Shown: positions 28,972 to 37,252, counted from the first letter of the stretch. The stretch is DNA of 64,000 bases from Candidatus Aenigmatarchaeota archaeon (GCA_041489155.1 JBGPQP010000003.1:23297-87296); one strand, 5' to 3'. The notes: a model not told the origin generated them from the letters alone. Numbers and translations: made by a program.

Positions 28972-30384
28972 TCATTTTGCCTTGCGGTTGTTTATGTAGA
29001 AAGCGATGTTTCTCTCGTCACGATCAGCGCTGCAGGAGATGAACTTTTTCTTTACTGGGTATATGCCGTTGAAGCATGCCTTGCATGTGTCGGAGTGTCC
29101 TATTGCCTCGTCGAGCTCCTCTATAGTAGGATAGCAAACGCGGTCGGCATTAAGCTTCTTGGCCACCTTTTCTCCTATCTCTTCCACGGAACCGGTCAGC
29201 CCCTGGGCGGCGAACGTTTTGCCGCTTGGATCTTTCACGCACGGGTGGGAGAGAGGCGGGCAGGATATGACGGTGACGATTTCTTTCGCTCCCGCGTTCC
29301 TGAGCTTGTAAATCATGCCGTCCCTCAGGACGGTTCCCCTCACGATCGAATCATCACCGATAGCGACCTTTTTCCCCTTTATGAATTCCTTGTTCACGAA
29401 GAACTTGACGCGTGCGGCCATTTTCCTTTCCTCCGGGTTCTCGACTTGGAAAGTCCTTTTGGCCCCCGGGTTCTTTATGAAAATTTCTTCGAAAGGTATG
29501 AATGCTTTCTTGATGTCGCAAAGACCCTGATGATATCCGATTGCAACGCCTCTCCCTGAATCCGGCGAAGCCAAGACTAAGTCGACGTCGAGAGGGTACC
29601 TTCTGGCGAGTTTTTTGCCGAGGTCTTTCCTCACGGCGTAGACATTCCTTCCCTCGATAACCGAGGTCGGGTCGGCAAAATACACCCATTCGAACGCGCA
29701 GTGCGCATGCACGTCTTTCTTGAGAACGCGCGTCTCCATGCCGTCTTTGGATATGACTATTATTTCCCCTGGTTCCACGTCCTTTATCAGTTCCGCTTCC
29801 AGCAAGTCCAGCGCCTTGGTTTCGGAGGCTATCACGTATGTCTTGCCCTTTTTGCCTAGGCACAGCGGCTTAATCCCTTTCGGGTCCCTGAAGGCTATCA
29901 GGTAAAACTTCCCGCCTTTTCTGGCGGCTATGACCACGTTGTAAGGGCCCCTGCCCTCGAGCTTTTCCATCACTTTCTCGGCAGCCGAGTAGAAATTTCC
30001 CGTTTCCTTGAGATAATCCAGGAACAATGTCCTCATCACGCTGTCATGCTTTTTCTCGCCGAAGCCCAGCAGCACGCCGTCCATTGCCAGGGAGATGTCG
30101 ACGTTCTGGTCGCCCCACTGCTCTGTGGGCTGCAGGTCCCCGCTCCTTTCATAAAGCGTGTGGCCTATGCCGATGAACGGGCTCATTTTCTCCAGTTGCG
30201 CGAGCTTGTCCTTGAGGAAGTAATAAACAAGGCCCTCTCCAGTGAGCGTGCGGAAGTACTTGCTGTCGTTGACGCTCACACCGCAGCCCTCTTCTCCTCT
30301 GTGCTGCAGGGCTGTGAGGCCGTAAAACAAGTCGCTCATTATGTTCTTGCCGTCGACAGAAAAGATCCCGATTATTCCCGACAT
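28972..30384 (-). CDS. purF: Amidophosphoribosyltransferase homologue with a degenerate glutaminase active site
   Basis: 470 aa collinear with PurF. The PRTase motif VAIGDDSIVRGT and the C-terminal CKACFNGIYP are intact. The N-terminus is MSGIIGIF (Ser where the Cys1 nucleophile is expected); see findings. Confidence 0.85.
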   Translation of the reverse strand: MSGIIGIFSVDGKNIMSDLFYGLTALQHRGEEGCGVSVNDSKYFRTLTGEGLVYYFLKDKLAQLEKMSPFIGIGHTLYERSGDLQPTEQWGDQNVDISLAMDGVLLGFGEKKHDSVMRTLFLDYLKETGNFYSAAEKVMEKLEGRGPYNVVIAARKGGKFYLIAFRDPKGIKPLCLGKKGKTYVIASETKALDLLEAELIKDVEPGEIIVISKDGMETRVLKKDVHAHCAFEWVYFADPTSVIEGRNVYAVRKDLGKKLARRYPLDVDLVLASPDSGRGVAIGYHQGLCDIKKAFIPFEEIFIKNPGAKRTFQVENPEERKMAARVKFFVNKEFIKGKKVAIGDDSIVRGTVLRDGMIYKLRNAGAKEIVTVISCPPLSHPCVKDPSGKTFAAQGLTGSVEEIGEKVAKKLNADRVCYPTIEELDEAIGHSDTCKACFNGIYPVKKKFISCSADRDERNIAFYINNRKAK

Positions 30385-30471
30385 TTTATTATCTTGACAG
30401 CGATATTTTTAAATCTGTGTGTCGGCGCATAGACGGAATTGAGGCTTTGAGACTAGTCGGATAAAAAAGAT

Positions 30472-30654
30472 TTAACAGGGAGTTGGTGCTTCTTTAATTT
30501 CTTGCGCTATCTTGCTGAGACCCTTTCTGGCGACGTGTGGATAGATAATACCGGTTTCAACGTAAGGCTGCCTTGCAAGCACGGCATCAGCCTCCATTTG
30601 AACAAAAAATTTTCTGAGGCCAAATTTACTGTCTATTTCTTCCGGGGTCATCAT
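30472..30654 (-). CDS. Hypothetical 60-aa protein
   Basis: ORF only; no motif recognised. Confidence 0.25.
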   Translation of the reverse strand: MMTPEEIDSKFGLRKFFVQMEADAVLARQPYVETGIIYPHVARKGLSKIAQEIKEAPTPC

Positions 30655-30768
30655 ACCACCTGATAGATTCTTGAAATCTAATATTTAAATACTTGATTAA
30701 TGTAATTTCTTTTTAGTGATTACAAAATAAAACAGTTCGCTTTTATTTTCCTCTGTCATTTTATATCC

Positions 30769-32052
30769 ATGAGAGTCGCGATTTTGTCGGATTTCCACTT
30801 CGGTTTCGGGGATGGCAGCGAACGGGCGAATGACCCGTACGACGCCTTCAAGGAAGCGATAGAGAAAGCGATGGGCTGCGACCTGATAATCTTCGCGGGC
30901 GACATCTTCGATAACCGCAGCCCCGACGCAGAGACCCTGACCAGGGCGATGGAGCTGATGATACCTCCGCTGCTCACGCAGACGGGCGTTAAGCTGATGC
31001 AGGGCATAGGCAAGGATGTTTCGAAGGTTTCTGAAATGGCGCTCATGGGCATCCCCATCGTCGCGATCCACGGGACGCATGAAAGGCGAACGAAAGGCCT
31101 GCTCAATCCGGTCGAAGCGCTGGAGAAGGCGGGCTTCCTGATATATTTGCACTGCAACGGCGTCGTTTTCGATAAGGACGGCACGCGCGTCGCGATACAG
31201 GGCATGTCAGGCGTGCCAGACCAGTACGCGGAAAGCGTATTGTCAAACTGGAATCCCGCGCCGGAGCACGGCTGCTTCAACATCCTCATCCTTCACCAGT
31301 CGATAACAGAGTTTCTCTACGCACCGCACACACTCGACCTGAACAAGCTCCCGAAAGGCTTCGATGTCTATGTCGACGGCCATATCCACGAGGCGAAGGA
31401 AAGCGAATACGCAGGAGGGACGTTCCTGCTTTCCGGTTCGCTTGTCCCGACGCAGATAAGAGAGGAATCGGAGAAGCCGAAGGGCTTCTGGATAATCGAA
31501 ACCTCGCTGCGCGACGAGATAAAGGATTCGCCCGTCCTCCAGAAAGCGAGAAAATACCTCAAGAACGGCTACGCAATCTACTGGATCGAGCTTGGGCACC
31601 AGAGAAAGGTTTACGTGCGCTCATTCGAAAACCCGGACATCGAAACCGTAGAGGCCGAGCTGGGCAAAATCGTGAAAGAAAACCCGCAGAGGAAGCCCAT
31701 CGTAAGAATCGACTTCAAGGGCAGGGTCAGCCCGACGCTCGCGGATGAGATAGAGATGAAATTCGGCGCAAAGGCGATACTTTCGCTGAAAAGGGAAAAA
31801 GAGGAAAAGGCGCTTCCCACCAAGACGCTGGAGGAGCACAAGCTGTCGGTCGAGGAGCTGGGCAGGAAGATACTGATGGAGAATCTTGCGAAAGCAGGTC
31901 TTGAGACCAAGGCTTTCGAATCCCTTTTCGAGCTGCTGTCCGCAGGCAAAAGCGATGAAGCGATGGCGCTGCTCGAAAAAGCGTCGCTCAAAGAGGAAAA
32001 ACCGAAAAACGTCAAACAAACTAGGCTTTTTCTGGCAGGCAAGAGGCAGTAG
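30769..32052 (+). CDS. mre11: Mre11-like DNA repair metallophosphoesterase
   Basis: 427 aa. Calcineurin-fold motifs ILSDFHFG, FAGDIFD, IHGTHERR (T where GNH is usual), ILHQ and VDGHIHE. No rad50 lies downstream. Confidence 0.7.
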   Translation: MRVAILSDFHFGFGDGSERANDPYDAFKEAIEKAMGCDLIIFAGDIFDNRSPDAETLTRAMELMIPPLLTQTGVKLMQGIGKDVSKVSEMALMGIPIVAIHGTHERRTKGLLNPVEALEKAGFLIYLHCNGVVFDKDGTRVAIQGMSGVPDQYAESVLSNWNPAPEHGCFNILILHQSITEFLYAPHTLDLNKLPKGFDVYVDGHIHEAKESEYAGGTFLLSGSLVPTQIREESEKPKGFWIIETSLRDEIKDSPVLQKARKYLKNGYAIYWIELGHQRKVYVRSFENPDIETVEAELGKIVKENPQRKPIVRIDFKGRVSPTLADEIEMKFGAKAILSLKREKEEKALPTKTLEEHKLSVEELGRKILMENLAKAGLETKAFESLFELLSAGKSDEAMALLEKASLKEEKPKNVKQTRLFLAGKRQ

Positions 32053-32085
32053 AACAAATAAGCAATTTATACTATGCGAACCCAA

Positions 32086-32099
32086 CAATATATATAAAG
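32086..32099 (+). promoter_or_regulatory. TATA-box-like element upstream of tbp
   Basis: caatatatataaagg is centred about 25 nt upstream of the tbp ATG (32118). This spacing fits a leaderless or very short-leader archaeal transcript. Confidence 0.4.
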
Positions 32100-32117
32100 G
32101 CTGTATAGGGTGTCATT

Positions 32118-32687
32118 ATGGTCGAGTTTCACATAAAGGTCGAAAATGTAGTCGCCTTTGCTGTTTTAGGCAAGAGAATCGTGCTCAACAAGCTCGTTGA
32201 AAAAATGGGCAACACCGAATACGAGCCCGAACAGTTCCCGGGCCTCGTCTACAGGATAAAGGACCCGAGGGCGGCTGCGCTTATTTTCTCGTCAGGCAAG
32301 ATAGTCTGCACCGGAGCGAAGAGCATAGCTATGGCAAAGGAAGCCATGAGGAAAATCGTGCAGGACATAAAGAAGACAGGCACCGCCATGCCGACGAAGT
32401 TCAACATAAACATAGAGAACATAGTCGCGTCGACTAAAATCGACGTCAAGCCAAGGCTCATGCTCGAGGAAATCGCCATGTCGCTCGAGGAAGTGGAATA
32501 CGAGCCCGAACAGTTCCCCGGCCTTGTTTACAGGATGAAGAGCCCGCGAACCGCTTTCCTGCTTTTCGGCTCGGGCAAGATAATCTGCACGGGCGGCCGC
32601 AGCCTGGAGGACATAAACACTGCACTGAACAACTTCAAGAAGCGGCTGGAAGGGATAGGCCTGAAAATCAAGCCGGCGAAAGACTGA
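32118..32687 (+). CDS. tbp: TATA-box binding protein
   Basis: 189 aa with two direct repeats. Both contain EYEPEQFPGLVYR and G(K)I(V/I)CTG. Confidence 0.95.
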   Translation: MVEFHIKVENVVAFAVLGKRIVLNKLVEKMGNTEYEPEQFPGLVYRIKDPRAAALIFSSGKIVCTGAKSIAMAKEAMRKIVQDIKKTGTAMPTKFNINIENIVASTKIDVKPRLMLEEIAMSLEEVEYEPEQFPGLVYRMKSPRTAFLLFGSGKIICTGGRSLEDINTALNNFKKRLEGIGLKIKPAKD

Positions 32688-32737
32688 TTCTCTGGCAACG
32701 CAAATAACATTTAAGCAGCCGGGACAAATTCTTTAAC

Positions 32738-33649
32738 ATGGATGCTTTTGACAAGATAATCCGCGACATAAGGACCGTTAAAATCCAGGGCGCCGAGAAT
32801 ATCGCCATAAGCGCGGTCAAGGCACTCGAGTACCGCGGCTCAAAAATAAAGACGCATTCGGCGGCGAAGTTCTTTTACGAAATCGAGGCAGCGAAGCGCC
32901 AGCTTTTCGCTTCCAGGCCGACAGAACCGCTTATGAGGAATTCGCTTTTATACATAATCGATTCCCTGAAATCCGACAGCAACAGCGTTCTCGATCTCAA
33001 GAAGTCGCTGCGCAACCTTTCCATCGAGGTTTTGAACCACTTCGAACACGCGAGGCAGAGAATCGCGGAGATAGGGGCGAAGAAAATCGAGAACGGCATG
33101 ATAGTCTTCACCCACTGCCATTCCTCGACCGTGATGCTGATCCTGAAGGCGGCGAAGGCGAAAGGCACGCGCTTCGCGGTTTACAACACGGAAGCTCGCC
33201 CGCTCTTGCAGGGAAGAATCACCGCGAAAGAGCTCGCCAAGATGAAAATCCCCGTCACCCATTTTATCGACTCCGCGGCAAGGATTGCGCTGAAGAAGGC
33301 CGACATCTTCCTTATGGGTTTCGACGCTGTGACGACGACGAGGGTCTACAACAAGATCGGCTCGGAGCTGTTCGCCATAATCGCAGACAAATACGATGTC
33401 CCGATATACGCCTGCGGCGACGCGTGGAAGTTCGACCCGGAGGGCATCGCGGGCTGCGAGGAGAAAATCGAGCTCCGCCCTTCCAAGGAAATATGGCCCT
33501 CAGCGCCGAAGGGCGTCAAAATCGAAAACCCGTGCTTTGAAAAAATAAATCCCGAACTCATCACAGCGATAATCTCGGAGCTAGGCGTCTACACCCACGA
33601 GAACTTCGTCGAGGAAGTGAAGAAGGCGTATCCGTGGCTTTCTGAATAA
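32738..33649 (+). CDS. eIF-2B alpha/beta/delta family protein (aIF-2B subunit or ribose-1,5-bisphosphate isomerase)
   Basis: 303 aa. The IF-2B family layout is present (THCHSSTV..., GFDAVTTTRVYNKIGS). Subfamily cannot be resolved by eye. Confidence 0.75.
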   Translation: MDAFDKIIRDIRTVKIQGAENIAISAVKALEYRGSKIKTHSAAKFFYEIEAAKRQLFASRPTEPLMRNSLLYIIDSLKSDSNSVLDLKKSLRNLSIEVLNHFEHARQRIAEIGAKKIENGMIVFTHCHSSTVMLILKAAKAKGTRFAVYNTEARPLLQGRITAKELAKMKIPVTHFIDSAARIALKKADIFLMGFDAVTTTRVYNKIGSELFAIIADKYDVPIYACGDAWKFDPEGIAGCEEKIELRPSKEIWPSAPKGVKIENPCFEKINPELITAIISELGVYTHENFVEEVKKAYPWLSE

Positions 33650-33752
33650 AAATAATGTCGATATATGCTGGTTTTATGGCAACAAAAAGCTTTAAATATC
33701 ATGAATCCAAGTATTAACTATCAATAAGTAATAAAATATAAATGGTGAGGAT

Positions 33753-34547
33753 ATGCCTGAGGTTTTTCAATACGGTTCTAATCTGAGCAAGGATCGCTTT
33801 ACTAGTAGGATGTTGCAGGGTGAATATAGGCCCGTGAGTGATCTTGGCAGATATGATTTAAATGGGTGCGAAGTCGTATTTGATGTTCCCAGTCAAACCG
33901 TACGCGTAGCTGCTGACATGATACCTTCTCAGCCTTCTTCACGTGCTGTCGGAAGAGTTTGGGGCATAACAAAAAAACAATTTGAAACTCTCAAAGGATT
34001 CGAGGGTCCTCGTTATAGAGAGGAAAGAATACAGATACCCGGAGTTGGCAATGCAATAACGTTTGTTGGCACGGATGATGCCAGAAGAATTTTCAGAGCA
34101 CAACATTCTGGCGAGTTGCCTACAGGAGAGTATCTTCATCACATCATAACCGGACTTAATGATCCTAACGTAAGAGCAGAAATAGAATATATAAGTCAAA
34201 TTATAGGAAAAGGAAGACCAAATCTCTCTGGAAGTAGAAGAGATGTCAGGCAAACCTTTGACAACCCTAGAGAATTTATGACATCTTCAATCGGAATCGA
34301 CAGAAATTTAAGAGACGATTTGGGAGTAGGAGTAGGAGATTTTGTTCGGGTACATTATGATAGAAATTGGCTTAATCTTCAGGTAAGAAAGGCCCCAATA
34401 GAATTAGTCGATTCTACTCTGTCACCCGTAACTCTTTCAAGAAAAGCTAGAGAATTTCTTGGCATGCGACCCGTTTCGCAAAGGGACGCGGAAAGCTTCA
34501 GAACAATATATCCTGGATTATCCATCACCAGATTAGAAAATTTATAG
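33753..34547 (+). CDS. Gamma-glutamylcyclotransferase (AIG2)-like domain fused to a C-terminal AbrB/VatN-like cradle-loop-barrel-type domain
   Basis: 264 aa. The N-terminal VFQYGSNL (the YGSN motif of GGCT) and FEGPRY (a candidate catalytic Glu in an EG context) are collinear with human GGCT FAYGSNL...EQEGV. The C-terminus carries two half-motifs, IDRNLRDDLGVGVGDFVRV and LSRKAREFLGM. Sampled lines of the gene are AT-richer than its neighbours. Confidence 0.5.
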   Translation: MPEVFQYGSNLSKDRFTSRMLQGEYRPVSDLGRYDLNGCEVVFDVPSQTVRVAADMIPSQPSSRAVGRVWGITKKQFETLKGFEGPRYREERIQIPGVGNAITFVGTDDARRIFRAQHSGELPTGEYLHHIITGLNDPNVRAEIEYISQIIGKGRPNLSGSRRDVRQTFDNPREFMTSSIGIDRNLRDDLGVGVGDFVRVHYDRNWLNLQVRKAPIELVDSTLSPVTLSRKAREFLGMRPVSQRDAESFRTIYPGLSITRLENL

Positions 34548-34572
34548 AACTGGTCTCTCAACCAAACTTTTT

Positions 34573-36171
34573 ATGACCTCGTTCAATTCAATAACTATGA
34601 GCTTCGTGAGCCATCCGATGATCAGGCCGAATGCGATAGAGTCGAGACTCTACCAGGAAGCGATAGTCGGCAGGGCGGCAGCGAACGACCTGCTCTGTGT
34701 GTTGCCAACGGGATTGGGCAAGACTCCTATAGCCATCGTTTTAGCCGTTCACCGCCTTGAGAAATTCCCGGGCTCTAAGGTACTGGTCATGGCGCCGACC
34801 AAGCCGCTGACCGAGCAACATCTGCATTCTTTCATGCGGGCGATAAATCTGCCGGATGAGGAGTTCGTCCTGGTCACAGGAAAGACAAAGCCTGGCAGCA
34901 GGCAGGAGCTTTACAGGAACGCCAGAATAATTTTTGCCACGCCGCAGACCATCGAGAACGATCTGGAAGGGGGAAGGATAAACCTGGAGGACTTCTCCCT
35001 CCTGGTCTTCGACGAGGCGCACCATTCGATAGGAGATTACGCTTACCCTTACATAGCTAAGGCGTATGCCGGGCAGGCGAAGAACCGCAGGATCCTCGGC
35101 CTGACAGCATCCCCGGGCGGGACGAAGGCTAAGATAAAGGAGATCATGGACAACCTCGGCATCCGCGAGGTCGAGATACGGACGGAGAAAGATTTCGATG
35201 TGGAGCCGTGGGTGCAGGAGAAGCATGTGGAATGGGTCTACGTCAGGCTGCCGGACGCCTTCGTTGAACTGGGCAAAACGCTCAGAAAAGCCTATATGGA
35301 CAGGCTGGAGAAGCTCAGGAAAATAGGCTTCAACAAGCCCGTCGGCATCATAAGCAAGCGTGACCTTCTGGCGCTGCAACAGAAGCTCATGGCCAGCCCC
35401 TCGCGCGACTACACCAAGTTCTGGGGCGTTTCGCTGGTCTCGCAGGCGATAAAGCTCGAGCACGCGCTCGGCCTGCTTGAGACGCAGGGCATAACATCGC
35501 TCTGGAACTACTTCAGGAAGCTGTCTTCAAGCAAGGCAAAATCGTCACGGAGCGTGCTGAAGGACAAGAACGTGATAAAGGCGATGAAGCTATCCGAAGC
35601 GCTGGAGGCCGAAGGCCGCAAGCATCCGAAGATGGCGAAGCTCAGCGAGCTCGTTAGCTTCCAGCTGCGCGAAAAACCCGCCTCGAAAATCATCCTGTTC
35701 GCGAATTACAGGGAGATGGTCAGGGAGCTAGTCAAGACGCTGTCCAATGTTGAAGGCGCGAGGCCTGGCGAATTCATGGGACAGAAGGAAGGGATGACGC
35801 AGAACGAACAGAAGCAGCGCATACAGGAGTTCAAGGACGGCATCTATAACATACTGGTAACCACATCAATCGGCGAGGAAGGAATTGACATACCGGAGAT
35901 GGAGCTCGCGATTTTCTACGAGCCCGTCCCTAGCGAAATTCGTTCGATTCAGCGGCGCGGACGAGTGGGGCGAACGAAAGTCGGCAGGATAATCATACTC
36001 ATGGCCAAGGGCACGAGGGACGAAGCGTATTACTGGACCGCGCAGAGAAAGGAAAGCATCATGAGGAAAACGCTGTACGAGATGAAGGAGGAATCACGAT
36101 TCCCGGAGGTGCCGACGCGTCAAAGAAGAAAGATTGCCAAGAGAAATCAGAGTAGTTTATCGGATTTCTGA
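34573..36171 (+). CDS. hef: Hef/FANCM-type SF2 helicase (helicase module only, no ERCC4 nuclease domain)
   Basis: 532 aa. Motifs I LPTGLGKT, II FDEAHH, III LTASPG and VI QRRGRVGR. The protein ends ...KRNQSSLSDF. Confidence 0.8.
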   Translation: MTSFNSITMSFVSHPMIRPNAIESRLYQEAIVGRAAANDLLCVLPTGLGKTPIAIVLAVHRLEKFPGSKVLVMAPTKPLTEQHLHSFMRAINLPDEEFVLVTGKTKPGSRQELYRNARIIFATPQTIENDLEGGRINLEDFSLLVFDEAHHSIGDYAYPYIAKAYAGQAKNRRILGLTASPGGTKAKIKEIMDNLGIREVEIRTEKDFDVEPWVQEKHVEWVYVRLPDAFVELGKTLRKAYMDRLEKLRKIGFNKPVGIISKRDLLALQQKLMASPSRDYTKFWGVSLVSQAIKLEHALGLLETQGITSLWNYFRKLSSSKAKSSRSVLKDKNVIKAMKLSEALEAEGRKHPKMAKLSELVSFQLREKPASKIILFANYREMVRELVKTLSNVEGARPGEFMGQKEGMTQNEQKQRIQEFKDGIYNILVTTSIGEEGIDIPEMELAIFYEPVPSEIRSIQRRGRVGRTKVGRIIILMAKGTRDEAYYWTAQRKESIMRKTLYEMKEESRFPEVPTRQRRKIAKRNQSSLSDF

Positions 36172-36183
36172 TCAGGTTAAATG

Positions 36184-37140
36184 TTATATTCGAATGTGGC
36201 GTAATTCACCTCTCGTGTATAGTGTTCTCCGTAAACGAAACAAAGCCCTTTGCCTAAGCTGACTAATTCGTACAGGTGTGACATCATATTTCCAAGCAAG
36301 TTGTCTAGTTTTCCCTAAATCAATGTTATCAGTAAACTTGAAACTCACAACATCGCCATGTTTTCTGCCTTTTTCTACTGTTTTTATTATTCCAAATGAT
36401 TCTAATAGATGTTCTGGAACATCTGAAAGAGGACCATATTTAGATTCAACGTATTTTAAAATTTCAGACCTATCCACGGGTTCAGTAGTTAAATTGTTTC
36501 TATTAAAATCATAATATTTTTCAATTATTGAAAATTCTCTCTCGGGAAGTGAGGATAGAGCTGAGTTCAAAGCCATGCACAACCTTTCTTCAAAATCAAT
36601 CTCAGATGATGTTTTTTTAGATAAAATTAAGTCTTTATACCACCACTGATCTTCTTCTGTGGGTACTGGCCATTTGTCCACCAAGTTTAAAATAATACCA
36701 GCCAGACATTTTCTCATATACAGATCGTAATTCTTATCTTTGCCCGATGTGTGTTTTCTCTGGTTACCTAAAAATTGTATAAACGCTTCCTGAATAATAT
36801 CTTCCCTGTCCTCTTCTGTCGTATCCGACCTTTTTTTGTATTCCACACAATTGTCGAATATTCTCTTCATTATTTCCAAAACCTTACCGGTTTCCATGTT
36901 TTTTTCCAACTTTCCAATTCCATTAGTGTATCCTAAAATTTTCATTTCCTCTCTCGTGGTCAAACCAAGTTCTTTCCTAACATGGGAAGGATTGCTATCG
37001 AAAAAATGTTTATAAACATCACTATGTCCTGCATCGCTTATTTCATAGATATTAGGATTCCTTCGGTTTTTTGTACAAAATCCTAAGTAAAACTCTAAAA
37101 ATTCATCCCTCTTTCCCAAACATATTTCTGTATTTGCCAT
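36184..37140 (-). CDS. Sigma-70-family-like protein (region 2-like plus split region 4-like HTH)
   Basis: 318 aa. EDREDIIQEAFIQFL...NYDLYMRKCLAGIILNLV resembles sigma region 2.1-2.2 (compare RpoE [11 protein letters not shown]...[16 protein letters not shown]). ALSSLPEREFSIIEKYY ... TRQLAWKYDVTPVRISQLRQRALFRLRR resembles region 4.1/4.2. Sampled lines of the gene are AT-rich. Confidence 0.5.
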   Translation of the reverse strand: MANTEICLGKRDEFLEFYLGFCTKNRRNPNIYEISDAGHSDVYKHFFDSNPSHVRKELGLTTREEMKILGYTNGIGKLEKNMETGKVLEIMKRIFDNCVEYKKRSDTTEEDREDIIQEAFIQFLGNQRKHTSGKDKNYDLYMRKCLAGIILNLVDKWPVPTEEDQWWYKDLILSKKTSSEIDFEERLCMALNSALSSLPEREFSIIEKYYDFNRNNLTTEPVDRSEILKYVESKYGPLSDVPEHLLESFGIIKTVEKGRKHGDVVSFKFTDNIDLGKTRQLAWKYDVTPVRISQLRQRALFRLRRTLYTRGELRHIRI

Positions 37141-37177
37141 ATTTCCAATTCAAATTAAATTCTAAGATTTAAATAAG

Positions 37178-37194
37178 CTACTATCTTATAGTAG
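37178..37194. promoter_or_regulatory. Perfect palindrome in the divergent sigma-like/gatD intergenic region
   Basis: ctactat-ctt-atagtag: 7-bp arms and a 3-nt spacer, lying between starts at 37140 (-) and 37253 (+). It could be an operator; no supporting data. Confidence 0.25.
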
Positions 37195-37252
37195 TTAATA
37201 ATTAAAACACCACAAAAAGTTATTTTAAATCATGTAGCATAATAGTCTAATT

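Noticed and set aside
33650-37252. An integrated provirus or genomic island bounded by att repeats around the AT-rich genes.
   Set aside because: I looked for an integrase or transposase, flanking direct repeats and a tRNA target, and found none. The AT-rich genes are separated by GC-normal core genes. The only tRNA (58763-58834) is about 20 kb away.
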